Shown here: one piece after another, positions 30,449-43,172 of the stretch | Numbering within the stretch: position 1 is the first letter of the stretch | Layout: each line of letters starts with the position of its first letter | NCBI GenBank assembly: GCA_963693365.1 | Contig: CAVNZM010000014.1 | Coordinates: 1,612,001-1,676,000, forward strand | Origin: Amoebidium appalachense | Lineage: Eukaryota > Protista > Ichthyosporea | DNA length: 64,000 bases | Direction: 5' to 3' | Program-made: the position numbers and the translations under genes | Notes under the pieces: generated by a model | Told to the model about the DNA's origin: nothing | Seen by the model: only the letters and a program-made list of their open reading frames with translations | Database searches by the model: none

Positions 30449-31483
30449 TCACTTAAGAATAGAGGCGAATACACGTGTGGTGGTGGCAGCAATGGAGGCC
30501 GGACGAAGTCGGGTATAGATCAGGAAGCAGTCGGAGGACCACCGGCCGAGTTGTTTGATCCGGGAGTCGTCGACCCCGGCCTCAGCCAGTGCTGTGGCCC
30601 CCCCGATGCGGAGGCTGTGTCCGGCAAACCGGGAGGGTGAGAGGCCTGCCTGGGAGAGGAGGGCACGGAAATCGGCAGAGAAAGCACTCTTGGTGTAGGG
30701 GATGCCACCGAGACTGAAGAGGGGGTCGTCGGGTTGACCGGACGTTGTATCCAGGAACTGCCGGAGGAGATGGGCTGGGGAGAAGTGGGTGAGGGGCAGG
30801 GCAGCTAGGGTGACGTTGACACCTCGGGCCTGTACATCCGTCTTAGAGGTTGGCAGGTGGAGGGTGGCATGGGACAAAGTACCGGTGGGGGTGTAGCTGA
30901 AGGTCACGTCCTTCCGTTTAACGTGACGGGACGGGTCGAAAGAAGTCAGGGTCTTGGAGGTATATTCCCCTGAACGGAGGAGACCACAGAAACCGACGAT
31001 GAGGGCCGTCCATAGCCGGAGATTGGCCGAGGAGGCCTTGGTGGGGCACTGGCCGTGGAGTAGGCGGAGGTGGGAGGGGAGGAGGGGTTCCCTGCCGGTG
31101 GATGAGCGGGGTCGGATGTTGTGAGAAAGCTGCCATCGGCCTACCCCCCGTAAGAACCAGGCCAGAGACTTGTCGTGGGGGTAGGGAGCAGGGAGGCCCA
31201 TGTCGAGGTGGAGCCTGGTGATGGCCGAATTGTAGCCGGTTAAGGAAGAGGCCTGTACCCCTCGTTGGGCACACCAGGCGAGAAAAAGTTGTACGGTGTG
31301 TGGGGAGGCCGGGAGGGAGGACCCGGAGGAGGATTGCAGCCGAGATGCCACACAGAAATCGATGAACACTTTTTGCACCCGGGAGTAAAAGGCCCGAGAG
31401 TCGAGGTTGAGACTCAGGGCCTGGCATTCCTGCAGGGTAGTGGTGGCTCGAAGTAGCTCGGCCGGAGCAAAGTGGGGGGCCAA
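30449..31483 (-). CDS. Tyrosine recombinase of Ngaro copy 1
   Basis: Motifs GLLRSGE, SKTD, GHSLRIGGAT, LGRWSS and catalytic Y (LIYTR), with an N-terminal SAM-like segment. There is no in-frame ATG start. Confidence 0.92.
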   Translation of the reverse strand: MAPHFAPAELLRATTTLQECQALSLNLDSRAFYSRVQKVFIDFCVASRLQSSSGSSLPASPHTVQLFLAWCAQRGVQASSLTGYNSAITRLHLDMGLPAPYPHDKSLAWFLRGVGRWQLSHNIRPRSSTGREPLLPSHLRLLHGQCPTKASSANLRLWTALIVGFCGLLRSGEYTSKTLTSFDPSRHVKRKDVTFSYTPTGTLSHATLHLPTSKTDVQARGVNVTLAALPLTHFSPAHLLRQFLDTTSGQPDDPLFSLGGIPYTKSAFSADFRALLSQAGLSPSRFAGHSLRIGGATALAEAGVDDSRIKQLGRWSSDCFLIYTRLRPASIAATTTRVFASILK

Positions 31484-31531
31484 TCTGCCAGTGTTGCTCC
31501 GGAACGGGAGATCTGGGGGGGGGGGGGGGGG

Positions 31532-33177
31532 TTAGCCCAAGGGAAGGGATAGGAACTCGTGGACCCAGGAGGGGAAGGGGCAGGGCTCCGGTTGCAGGGA
31601 AGGTCGGAGTCGTCGGGCCCGGGGAAGTTGGTTACGAGAAATGGCATCGGCCAGATGGTTGAGGGGTCCTGGTAGGTAGGATGCCTGTAACGTAAATTGG
31701 TATTGCATTTCCATGCGGGTGATGAACCGAATAAGTTTGGCCATCACGGGGTGGGGGGAAGACCGGGAGTGCAGGTCAGACACAGCACCCGTGTTGTCGC
31801 ATAAAATACGGACATGGTGGGTGGACCAGGAGGGGGCCCAGAGGGCCACGGCGGCTGCGATGGCCAGGAGTTCGATGACGGAAGAACCGAGTTTACCCTC
31901 ATGAGCATAGAGGGCTTGGGTGGAGGGGGACCAGGGCATGAAGAACCATTGGTCGAGCCAGTGGCCACCTAGACCCACCGATCCGGCAGCATCAGTGGCC
32001 AGGGTGGTGTATGTGGGGGGTGTGATGAGGTGCACCCCATTCCATGATGTGAGGAACTGGTGCCATTCGGCTATGTCGGCCCGGGCGGCAGCAGTCAGTC
32101 GTATGTGGTGGTGGCCGGCAAGGTGTGGGTGGGTCCGGAGAAGGGCCCATAGGCGCTGGGAGAAGGCCCTCCCGGGGGGAACCAGCTGGGCACACCAGGT
32201 GAGTTTGCCGAGGAGGGACTGGAGGTCCCGAATGGTGATGGTGGGCTTTGGGTGGGAAGTGAGGTCGAGTAGGTCCGAGAGCTTGGAAGCCGGGATTCGT
32301 GCCTCCATGGCGATGGAGTCGAATTCGATACCGATGAAGACGACACGGGTAGCCGGGCCCTGCATCTTGTCTTCGGAGATGGCAATGTGCAGCTCTCGGC
32401 AGAGTTGCAGGAAGGTGGATAGGTGACGTTGGCACTGCTGTTGTGTGGGTACGACTATAATCCAGTCGTCTACGTAGTGGCGGATGAGGGTAATACCGTG
32501 CTGGTGTGCCAGCCACTGTAGGGTGGCCGCGATCCGTTCCCAGATGGCGGGGCTAGATTTCAGACCGAAGGGCAGTCTGGTTTCAACGTAAAAATGCCCT
32601 TGCCATTTGAATGCCATTAAGTGGTGGTCTTCCGGTCGGATGGGCATGTGCCGGAAGGCAGCCTGCACATCTGCCACGGCCATGTAGCAGCCGGGGCCTG
32701 CGTCGAGAATGAGTTGGGTGACATCCCGGGCGCGAATGTACTGAAGTTCGTCGGGGTAGGTGATGCTGTCATTGACACTGCTACCCCGGGGCCAGGAGAG
32801 GTGGTGGATTCGACGGTACTTGGGGGGGTTCCCTTTCTTGGTAACGGCGCCGATGGGGGAGGAACGGTGGACGGGAAATTCGTCAAAGAATTGGGCCGGG
32901 GAGAGGGGGCCGCGCAGGTGGCCGAGGGCGACTTCTTTGGCAATATCCACCGTGATAGCGGCAGCTGCCTCCGGGGTGGTGGGTAGGTTGGGGCCCACCC
33001 GAGAGGTGGAGGGGCCGCGATAGCCGATGTCGACGCCGAATTCGACATCGTGGAGGAGTTGTGCGGCGAATGGTTGGTCCGGGTAGGAGGCCAGCAGTTC
33101 CCGGAGGTGGGAGGTGTCAATGTGGTGCTGGGGCAGCGGGCGGGCCTCCGGGTCTGAGCCTCGGGGGAAGGGGTGGT
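31532..33177 (-). CDS. Reverse transcriptase + RNase H of Ngaro copy 1 (5' part cut by the Copia insertion)
   Basis: Motifs RRIHHLSWP..SVND, ADVQAAFR, LPFGLKSSP, YVDD, TDAAG, ELLAI, CDN and NHLADAISR. The frame extends upstream of the listed ORF (YPDQ..FGVDIGYRGP) up to the insertion point. Confidence 0.92.
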
Positions 33178-34102
33178 TGTTAATTTCTATAAGTATTTAG
33201 GATGTAAGCAGAGACACAGTGGTGCAGTGTGAAAACACCACAGACACACACAACAACAAAACACGGAACGATCGGAGCAGTGTACACAACAGACATCAAT
33301 GTTTAGACACGACTGAACTGAATTTATTCTGATCTTCGAATAAATACCTGAAATTCCTCTAAGTCCAATCCATACATGATTTCCGACCAGTCGGAAATCA
33401 GATCCATCTCTAATAGAAACCAATCACTAAGAACCAATTGCTTTCAGAGAGATCCGGTACGCGGAGGCGTACACGATAGGACACAGACACTAGTTAAGAT
33501 CAACTCGTGTCATCATCAAGGAAGTTCTAACCTATGACATACTGCAAAGACTCAGACATATCACACTTAACCTTGATGATTGGTTAAAGCCCGGCAACAC
33601 ATGAAAACTAAAGTGAATTAATGAAGTCTAAACACACATGCTATTCTAAGTGTAGCCTAAGTGTGTTACCGTCCAATGAACACGTATTAAGTAACACAAA
33701 TCTACCTAACATATATTAGTAGAAAAGAAATACGATTATACACATGAAGACAAGGAGAGAAAGAAAAGAAAATAAGGAAGGAGAAAGAGGAAGGAAAAGA
33801 GAGCACAGATCAACAAACAAGATAGTAATAGCATAACTATAACCAGAGATATTTATGTACACACGAACATGTACACGTCTCTCCCTGAGTGGGTGGATCC
33901 GTGTACACACATATAAATATTCTAATCGATATTACAATACACGATTAAAGCCGATACAACACGATTACAAGTATACAAGCATATCGGAGATCGATGCTAC
34001 ACTTTACATAATAGGAGTGTGGCATTTACACTAAGCATATGAACTGAAACATAACACAAACTGAGAAGATCTTACCATATGTAAATACTACGTATTACAA
34101 CA
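33178..34102 (-). repeat. Copia 3' LTR (925 bp)
   Basis: Direct repeat of 39007-39931 with no differences noticed by eye. On the minus strand it is preceded by the PPT-like AAGTGGGGA. Confidence 0.96.
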
Positions 34103-34533
34103 TCCCCACTTAAGACTTTGAAGTTTGTGTTATCATATCCCCACTGAACTAGTGAAATCTCCCCACTTGAGAACAGAAACGGAAAAAAAAAATTAAAGTG
34201 TGTACTTTTCCGGGGGGGGGGGGGGGGGGGGGGGAGAAGGGGGGGGGGGGGGAGGGGGGGGGGGGGGGGAAGGGGGGGGGAAGGGGGGGGAAGGGGGGGG
34301 GGGGGGAGGGGGGAAGGGAACCGGGGCAAAAACAACGAATATATATAACGTGTATAGGCGGTGTTTGATTAACTGGGTTTTAAACCAGTGAAAGATAGAG
34401 TAGAGTGATGGTACAGGTCAAACCTTATATATAAACCCTAAGTGGGCATACCCACAAAGGCAATACATATGATATAATGATGTTGATAAAGTAAGTAGTA
34501 CACATGAGAAAATCACTCTTGAAGTAGGTCGGG

Positions 34534-37500
34534 TCAATCCACAATATCCGGTAAACAAAGTCGAGCACGATGGTGGACATGACTCGGGCCGGGGAGGGGT
34601 TTGGTGAGTATGTCAGCTAAGTTGTGGGCTGACTCAACGTAGTGGACAACCACGTCCCCACTGGCAATGTAGTCCTTGGTGTTGTGATACCGGACGGCAA
34701 TGTGTTTGGTACGGTGCTTGATGCCGGTGGAGTTGACGATGGCAATGGTCGACTGGTTGTCACAGTACACCGGAGTCGGAGCAAGCATGGGACAGCCGAG
34801 TTCCTTGAAGAGGTCACGGACCCAAGCAACTTCTTGGGTGCCAGCATTGAGAGCAATCAGCTCAGCTTCAGTGGTGCTGGTGGCCGTGATGGGCTGGAGC
34901 TTGGAGTACCAGATGACGGGCATACCAGCAAACACGATAATGTAGCCGGTGGTAGACTTCTTGCTGTCGGCACAACCAGCAAAGTCAGCATCCGTGTAGC
35001 ATTCGAGTATGGGGGACTGGGTGGCCGAGTACTTGTAGTCAATGCCAAGGGCAATGGTGCCGAGCAGGTACCGGGCCACACGACGGAGAAGGTCCCAGTG
35101 AGTCTTGCCGGGGTTGGTGCTGAACCGACCAAGGAAGCCGATGGCATAGGCAATGTCGGGACGTGTGCACCGTGCCACCCAGAGGAGACGGCCGAGTAAC
35201 TCACGGTAGGGCACGGTGAACGGTTGGGGGGGGCAATCAGCCAGGGAGACGGTGGTGCCTGCAGGGATGGGGGTAGACTTGGACTTGGCATCGGTGAGGT
35301 TGAAGTCGTGGATGATATCCATGATGTAAGACCTCTGGTGCATGTGGAGGTGATGGGGATCAGAGTGATTAAAATCAACACCGAGCATACGGTCAAATGG
35401 ACTCATACGACAGCTGGCCATCTTGCTGATGTGGGCAGCCAGGTCACTGGCAGCAGTAGAACCCCGGGTGTTGGTGATGGTGGAGTCATCGACGTAGTTA
35501 CCAGCCCGTACCACATCGTTGTTGGGGAAGAACCGGAGGTAGATGCACGGGTCGGTCTTAGTACGGGTCAGGCCATGGGCAAGAAGAATGCCGTCGAGGA
35601 AGTCGTACCAAGCCTTGGAGGCTTGCTTGAGGCCGTACAGGGCTTTCTTGAGTCTCCAGACCTTGCCCAGTGTGGCCATGGTGATGAATCCCGGGGGGTT
35701 GTTTCATGTAGATGGTCTCGGTGAGTGGGCTGTTGAGAAAGGCCGTAGACACGTCGAGTTGATGTATGTCATGACCTTCAACAACGGCCAGAGCTAGGAT
35801 GGCACGGAGAGCAGCCGGACGGATGACAGGGCTCTCAATCAACTCATAGTCAACACCGTATTGCTGACTGAAGCCTTGAGCAACACCACGTGCCTTGATC
35901 TTGGTGTCACCAGCCGAGTTGAGAGTTTTCTCGGAGACAATCCACTTGAAGCCGACGATGTTAGCACCAGGGGGAGGGTCAACAAGTTCAAAGATGTCTT
36001 TGTCGACGAAGGCTTGATACTCAGCAGTCAGGGCTGACTTGACCTGATCACCATTGGGTCCGGAACAGAGTTGACGGACAAGTTTGGGTAGTTGGTCGAT
36101 GTTGATGGGGGGACCGGGGGGGACTGGCAGGGTGGTGGTGGCTTGAAGTCCAACCTTGCCCTGGAGACGGGCAGAACGACGGGGTGCAGGAACCGGGGTA
36201 GGTGGAGACGGTGGGGGGGGAACTTGGAAGTTCGGAAGTGCAGGGGGGGCAACCTCCGGGCTGGACGGGGCCGAGTGGAAGTTGTCGGGGGAGCCGGGTC
36301 GGATGGGTGTGACGTTGCCAGGGCCAGGATGAGGGTCGGCAGGCTGGACGGGCACGGGGGCAGGGGGGCCGGTGGGGGGGGGGTGTCGGGGGGGAACGAC
36401 GATGGCAGGAGGGGGGCCAGAGTACACCAGACAAACATCATCTTCAGTGTCAACTGTGGGGGGTGGGGTGGTCGAGGTAGCAGTGGTGTCGGGGGTCGGA
36501 AGGGTTGATGGAATGTCGGACGGGAGATAAGCTGATTCGTCGAAAATCACATCACGGAAGAGGCCGACACGATGGGTGGTGGCATTGAAGATCCGGTGGC
36601 AGTGTGATTGAAGATCATAGCCGATATACATGCCGAGTTTGACGGTGGGGGCCAGCTTGTTCCGTTTAGAGGCTGGCACGTGAGTGTAGGCAGGGCAACC
36701 GAACACTTTGAGCTCGGAGATGTCGGGCTTGACACCGTAGAAAACCTCGAATGGTGTACGACCATTGGCAGTCGTGGACGGGGTGACATTGATGATGTAG
36801 GCGGCATGTTGGAGGGCCTCAGCCCACAGTTTGGGAGACAGAGACTGATCTTGGACTTGATGGAGGAGGCAACGGACAATCTCTTGGAGGAACCGCATAC
36901 GTCGTTCAACATAGCCGTTCAGTTGAGGGCAGTCCACCGGAGCATAGCTGGCCTTGATGCCCTGGGAGAGGCAAAAAGCACGGGTATCCTTGGAGGTGAA
37001 CTCAGAGCCGGAGTCGAAGTGGTAAACACCAACTTTGGAGGGGGCATGGGTGGCAACGAGGTTGGTGTGAGCTGTGAGAATATCCAGGGTGGTGGTACGG
37101 TCGGCCATCGGGTAGATCTTGACGAGGCCAGAGGCACGGCAGACAGTGACGAGAGCAACCTTGGAACCTCCGTACGATGTTGTGGTAGGCTCAAAAAAAT
37201 CCCAATGCCATTCATGACCGGGGATGTTGGAGTGAGGACGGTCACCCCTGAACGGAGCCTTGGTGGTCTTACCCATATTGCAGCCATGACAATCAGGAAC
37301 ATCACAGGCGAGGACAGAGGAGGGGAGACCAATAACAAGGTCGTGTTTCACCATGTCCTTGATGCTGGTCATAGCTCGGTGCCCCAGACGATGGTGCCAG
37401 ATGGATGGGTTAACACTGGTAGTGGCAGCCAGAGCCACAGGACGAGTGGGTGGTTGAATGGTGTAGTCCTTGAAGTAATACAGACCGTTGTGTAGACGGA

Positions 37501-38944
37501 GGTTGACGAGATGACGGCCGGTGAGTCGGTCGAAGAGGAATGACGGAGTGGAGGCATCGTTCAAATCACCCTTGATGTATTCGGCAGCAGCTTGGGATGT
37601 TGAAATGAGGAAGGCTTGGCCAGACGGGGTGTAGTAGGCTTCAATGGTTAGGGTGTTAGTGCCATGGTCGGTGGTGGTGTTGATGACGATATGGCCGGTG
37701 TGAGTGGCCAAGACGGGGGTGCCATTGAAGGCAGCAACGGGAGTCGGTGTCGGAAGGGGAGTGAGGTCATGGAAGAACTCACGGGTGGGGCAAACAGTCA
37801 TGTTGCACCCGGAATCCCAGGCAGGGTCGGAGGACACGGGGACGGAGCTAGCATTGTATGCCGAGAAAGCAAAGGAGACAGATTTCTCACTGCCTTGACG
37901 GGAACGGTTGTGTCTGGACATACGGCATTTCGGCTCAGGGCAATCGATGATCGTGTGATCAGGCTCGTGGCAGTAAGAGCATTCTTTCACGGACGGGGTG
38001 TTAGAACGAGCCGGGGAATCAGAACGACGGGAACCCGAGAAACGGGAACGACTGGGGGAACGAGACGTGGACCGGAAGGCAGGCCGGTGGGGGGAACGGG
38101 ATCGGGTGTGCTGACGGGAGAGACGAGTTCGGAGGTCCGTGCCAGAGGTACGGTCAAGTCGGGTGCGTAAGTCACGGCGAGGAAGATCACGGGGGGGAGC
38201 ACTGGCATTTAATGCCATGCTGGACTTGGAGGCACGGTGGGCACGGTTGTTCCGGAGTTGCATCTTGAGGTCTTGACGTAACTCGATGCCCTTGACGTGG
38301 TTATGGAGGGACTCGAAGTCGGGGAATAGCTTATCACCGAAGTGATAGTCTTCGATAAGACGATTGAACTCAGGGGTGAGGTCGTCTCTGGTGGTGAGTT
38401 CATTGAAGAACTTCTCAGCTAGACGAGTGAAGTGAATGGACTCATCTTGGAGAGACTGGAGCTGGTTCACGATGGTCTGCAGACGGCTCAGGTAGGTGGT
38501 GAATGATTCACCGGGCTGAAGGGCACAGGCATCCCACTGACGGTGAAGGATGCGGATCTGATCGGGTTTGCCTTGGAGATAGTGTTGACGGAATTTCCAC
38601 ATGGCCCGTTCAGGGTCCATGCCAATACGGTACTGGGCAACGGTGGTGAGGACGGAAGGGTCGATGTTCTGTATCATATGGAGCAGGAGGCAATTGCGGG
38701 CCTCTTTGAGTTCCGCGGTAGTGCCGTAGCCATAGAAGGGGGGTTCACCGTCAACCGCGACGGTGGTAGGGGGGACGTAGTTGTCAGCAAGGACAACATC
38801 CACGAGTCGGACACCTTTAGTGCCGGTCATCATGCCGAGAAAAATGATTTCCCATTGAAAATAGGTAGTTTTGCTATCGGGACCAGTCTTCCCTTCACCT
38901 TTCCACATGGTGATTTTGTTTACGCCAGTTTTGTTTGGATCCAT
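34534..38944 (-). CDS. Copia gag-pol polyprotein (one frameshift near 35695)
   Basis: Zn knuckle CSYCHEPDHTIIDC, protease WDSGC, GAG-pre-integrase WHHRLGH, integrase HWD..FDSGSEF..NGYVER, RT (KARGVAQG, LYGLKQA, YVDD) and RNase H (DADFAG, STTEAE, CDNQS, NLADILTK). The shift lies in a C6/G3 run within the QPPGF motif. Confidence 0.95.
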
Positions 38945-38992
38945 GATTGAAAAACGAGCGCGAGTTCTAGATGTGTGTAGGGAGCGTGCAAA

Positions 38993-39006
38993 AGGGCTGC
39001 ATAACC
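38993..39006 (-). other. Copia primer-binding site, GGTTATG (internal tRNA-Met) type
   Basis: GGTTATGCAGCCCT directly follows the 5' LTR on the minus strand. Confidence 0.7.
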
Positions 39007-39931
39007 TGTTAATTTCTATAAGTATTTAGGATGTAAGCAGAGACACAGTGGTGCAGTGTGAAAACACCACAGACACACACAACAACAAAACACGGAACGA
39101 TCGGAGCAGTGTACACAACAGACATCAATGTTTAGACACGACTGAACTGAATTTATTCTGATCTTCGAATAAATACCTGAAATTCCTCTAAGTCCAATCC
39201 ATACATGATTTCCGACCAGTCGGAAATCAGATCCATCTCTAATAGAAACCAATCACTAAGAACCAATTGCTTTCAGAGAGATCCGGTACGCGGAGGCGTA
39301 CACGATAGGACACAGACACTAGTTAAGATCAACTCGTGTCATCATCAAGGAAGTTCTAACCTATGACATACTGCAAAGACTCAGACATATCACACTTAAC
39401 CTTGATGATTGGTTAAAGCCCGGCAACACATGAAAACTAAAGTGAATTAATGAAGTCTAAACACACATGCTATTCTAAGTGTAGCCTAAGTGTGTTACCG
39501 TCCAATGAACACGTATTAAGTAACACAAATCTACCTAACATATATTAGTAGAAAAGAAATACGATTATACACATGAAGACAAGGAGAGAAAGAAAAGAAA
39601 ATAAGGAAGGAGAAAGAGGAAGGAAAAGAGAGCACAGATCAACAAACAAGATAGTAATAGCATAACTATAACCAGAGATATTTATGTACACACGAACATG
39701 TACACGTCTCTCCCTGAGTGGGTGGATCCGTGTACACACATATAAATATTCTAATCGATATTACAATACACGATTAAAGCCGATACAACACGATTACAAG
39801 TATACAAGCATATCGGAGATCGATGCTACACTTTACATAATAGGAGTGTGGCATTTACACTAAGCATATGAACTGAAACATAACACAAACTGAGAAGATC
39901 TTACCATATGTAAATACTACGTATTACAACA
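39007..39931 (-). repeat. Copia 5' LTR (925 bp)
   Basis: TG...CA ends; direct repeat of 33178-34102. Confidence 0.96.
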
Positions 39932-39972
39932 GTGGTTAGCAAGGGTGGTGTACCCTTGGGGAGATCCCGGCA

Positions 39973-40006
<34 letters not shown>

Positions 40007-40397
40007 CAGGGCCCCGGGGGGTTAGAGTAGGGCAGCTGGGCCCAAGTGAGGGTTGGCAGGGAGGGCAGCGGGGCCCTGTGCAGGGGAATGTGCCCGAGCA
40101 CGCGGGGGTGTGGGCGGACACAGCGGTAGAAGAAGGGGGGGGGAGGGAGTGCTAGGTGAGTGTAAGGGGGGGGAGGCTCGTGGGATGGGGGGGGGGGAGT
40201 AAAATTATGTGCAGTGGCCAGAATAAACGTCTTTGTATAGGGACATTTATTCTTGACGCGCGCGGGCGCCGTAGTTGGCCTGCGAAATTTTGTACTCAGC
40301 CCTATTGGCCCGTTCTCCCGAGCTCCGTTTCCCTGTACTCGTGTGTCCTAGCTCCTAACCCCTATGTTCTAGCTGTGTGTGTGGGTGTGCGCGTAGA

Positions 40398-41567
40398 CTA
40401 GGCATTGTGCTTGCAGTCTTTGCGGGGGTGTGTGCCAGAGCAGAGCGGGCACACGTGGGAGAAGGGGCAGGGCTGCTTAGCGCAGGACCGACCGTTAATG
40501 TGGAAATTCCTGCAGTGCGTCGCGGGTAGATCCACGGGTCGGGCCGGTTTTGCCGGGCCGGGTTGCGAGCCAGGGCGGTTAGGGGTGTGACCCCCGCCGG
40601 GCTTGTGGGGCGGCTTAAAGCCGTCAAGACCACAGCCGGGCTTGGGGTACATGGGGCAGGCCGCGCTGGGGTGGTCGGGGAAGCCACAGCGCTGACATGC
40701 GTCCTGGATGAGCAGAGTGGATGGCAGGAGGAGATCCTGGTGGAGTTGGGCGAGCAGGTTGGGGCACTCGATCGGAGCCCGACCCTGCTGGTGGGCCACG
40801 GTGCGGGCGTATACGTCATAGTTGTGGATCTGGGCCCACGGGTATCGGGTGCTGAGGCGAGTGATGTGCTGAGTCCAAAGTACGTCCTTGTCCGTGGGAA
40901 GGCCGAGGTGGTGCTTGGCGGCCATGTAATGGGTCCAAGCTTGGATCCAAATGACGAGTGAACGCAGGGGAACGGGTTTGTCTTGGCGAAAAGTCTCGAT
41001 GCTGCCGTCGTCGGCCATGCGCAGATGCTGACCTTTCTTGGATGGGGCCAGGAGGGCGGCAGGGGTGAACTTATACAGGTCGACGAAACGATTGGCGCGC
41101 AAATCTGCCAGCACATCCGCGGGGGGAAGCGGGAGTGTGCCCGGCTGAATGTCGCCAGTGTTCTCACCTGTGATGGGGGGCGCGGGCAGGGCAGGCAGGT
41201 CAAGGTCAGGGCCGAGATGCAGCCCCGGGGAAACCTCCCCGGGTGTGGAGGGCGCGGCGGGGGGCGCGGGAGGGTCGCGGTTGGTGAGAGCAGCCAGGAC
41301 GCCAGCCATCTGGGTGCTGATGGCGGTGAGGGCGGCTAGGACGGCGTCTTGAGAAGTCATCTGCGGCGACGGCGGGGCCTGAGGGGGGACTTCAGGGGTG
41401 GAGGGGAGAGTAGCCGGCGGGTCCGGGTCCGTGGTGGTATGGGCCGCTGGAGGCGCGTCAGTGTCTGCGGGAGCGTTGGTCAGCCTGTGGCGGAGGTCGC
41501 TGCGGGTCAGGCGCTTAGGTGCCGCGGCAGGGGCGGCGGCTGAGGCCTGGCGCTTTTTCGGCGGCAT
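40398..41567 (-). CDS. Gag-like ORF1 of Ngaro copy 1
   Basis: Intact 389-aa ORF with a CQRC..H...C knuckle and a C-terminal CRNFH...C...C.FSHVC..C...H....C finger typical of Ngaro/DIRS gag. Confidence 0.88.
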   Translation of the reverse strand: MPPKKRQASAAAPAAAPKRLTRSDLRHRLTNAPADTDAPPAAHTTTDPDPPATLPSTPEVPPQAPPSPQMTSQDAVLAALTAISTQMAGVLAALTNRDPPAPPAAPSTPGEVSPGLHLGPDLDLPALPAPPITGENTGDIQPGTLPLPPADVLADLRANRFVDLYKFTPAALLAPSKKGQHLRMADDGSIETFRQDKPVPLRSLVIWIQAWTHYMAAKHHLGLPTDKDVLWTQHITRLSTRYPWAQIHNYDVYARTVAHQQGRAPIECPNLLAQLHQDLLLPSTLLIQDACQRCGFPDHPSAACPMYPKPGCGLDGFKPPHKPGGGHTPNRPGSQPGPAKPARPVDLPATHCRNFHINGRSCAKQPCPFSHVCPLCSGTHPRKDCKHNA

Positions 41568-42602
41568 GCTGACCGGCGTAGGGAAAGATAGGGAGAATGA
41601 AAAGGAATGAAAAGGAATATATAGCTGTAAGGCTGTGGATGCTAAACACAGAAGATGTGTTTGTAGCTTGCTGATCTGCTAAAAACTGTCGTGCTTATAT
41701 ACCTAAGCCTACCGATCTAAGCCAATCAAAAATCGATCTAGTGATATGTGAAATCTGATCCGAGCCAATCGTAACTCGGTCTAGTGATCTGTGGTATCTG
41801 ATGTTTTGACTGGCTAATAGGTGCCCGTGTGCGGGCAGCCAACCGCTAACTGCTAAAACACGAAATGAAGCCTACATGGTTATGTTGGTATCGAACACCC
41901 ATCCTACGTGTCTACCCAGAAAAATATTTATGTCAATAATTTCCACAAATAAAACCTTTATGAACTTTTACTAAAAAGATATCCCCAGCATATCTGTAAG
42001 CTATCGATTAGCCGTCTACAAGAGCGCTTTGCGATCACCAATATCCATCTTTAATACTACTTTATGTAGTTCAGACGAACATAATTGGCATACTTAACAC
42101 CTCTTGAAGAATTTGCAGAGATATATTACAGACATGTTGTGGTTAACCTAAATGTATCCTTACAATGTAGTTATGTAATATGTTATTTCAGTCTAACACG
42201 AGTTGTCGACTTTAGGACGTACTAAAAGCAACTCACCGATAGGCTAGGGATATTTTTATTGGTACATAGTGACACAAACAAGATATGCGTGAGACGTATT
42301 TACGTCATAATATAGATTCATCATCAATTGAGGAAAAGACACAATTAATATACACTTTAGACGGCCTATTAGTAACGTTATATATGGTCGCTCCCATAGA
42401 TAGAATAATTATATATTCATAGTTCTGGTAAGAGCACCGGAAGATTTCTTGATGCAATTTTAAAGCCATCTTTCAGGATGTTCTAAAAGTCACACTAAAA
42501 AGACCGTCGTCATCCTTAAAGTCATCTATTGGATGGCTGGAGGTTGTCGTGATGATATCTTAAACCCCCACCTCCCTCCTCCTCCCCCCCCCCCCCCCCC
42601 CC

Positions 42603-43172
42603 CCACCCACCCCACATGAACCTTTGACGATCGATGACGACGATGAGGTGCCAGACCCACAGGGTCTTTTCCTGGGGACCACCACCCACCCCACATGAAC
42701 CTTTGACGATCGATGACGACGACGAGGTGCCAGACCCACAGGGTCTTGCCTCCATACTTTATTTACCTTAACAGGACAAAGAGCCGGTACCCACCTATGG
42801 GTGCTAAACATGCACATGATCATTCATGTGCTATAAGAGCAACACAGAAACGAAACACGGAAACAACAGCAGCCATAGGACAAAGAGCCCCAGACCCACA
42901 GGGTCTTGCCTCCATACTTTATTTACCTTAACAGGACAAAGAGCCGGTACCCACCTATGGGTGCTAAACATGCACATGATCATTCATGTGCTATAAGAGC
43001 AACACAGAAACGAAACACGGAAACAACAGCAGCCATAGGACAAAGAGCCCCAGACCCACAGGGTCTTGCCTCCATACTTTATTTACCTTAACAGGACAAA
43101 GAGCCGGTACCCACCTATGAAACGAAAAACGGAAACAACAGCAGCCATAGGACAAAGAGCCGGTACCCACCT
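42603..43172. repeat. Local tandem duplications (~80-bp period x2, then 160-bp period x~2.5)
   Basis: CCAGACCCACAGGGTCTT recurs at ~42651, 42730, 42890 and 43050; the 160-bp units appear identical. Confidence 0.9.

Larger units (their letters stand above)
33178..39931 (-). mobile_element. Full-length Ty1/Copia LTR retrotransposon
   Basis: Two 925-bp TG...CA LTRs, 5-bp TSD GTGGT (33173-33177 and 39932-39936), a PBS and PPT, and gag-PR-IN-RT-RH domain order. Confidence 0.97.
30244..41957 (-). mobile_element. Ngaro-type tyrosine-recombinase retrotransposon copy 1 (3'-truncated, interrupted by Copia)
   Basis: Near-identical reverse complement of 57472-62916. It has A1 at ~41600-41957, gag, pol, YR, B1 at 30332-30420 and only the first ~90 bp of A2 (30244-30333). 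B2 is absent. Confidence 0.92.

Noticed and set aside
34617-38950. Plus-strand and alternate-frame ORFs over Copia (also over Ngaro and the transposase-like gene)
   Set aside because: They are shadow ORFs of GC-rich coding sequence with no motifs of their own.
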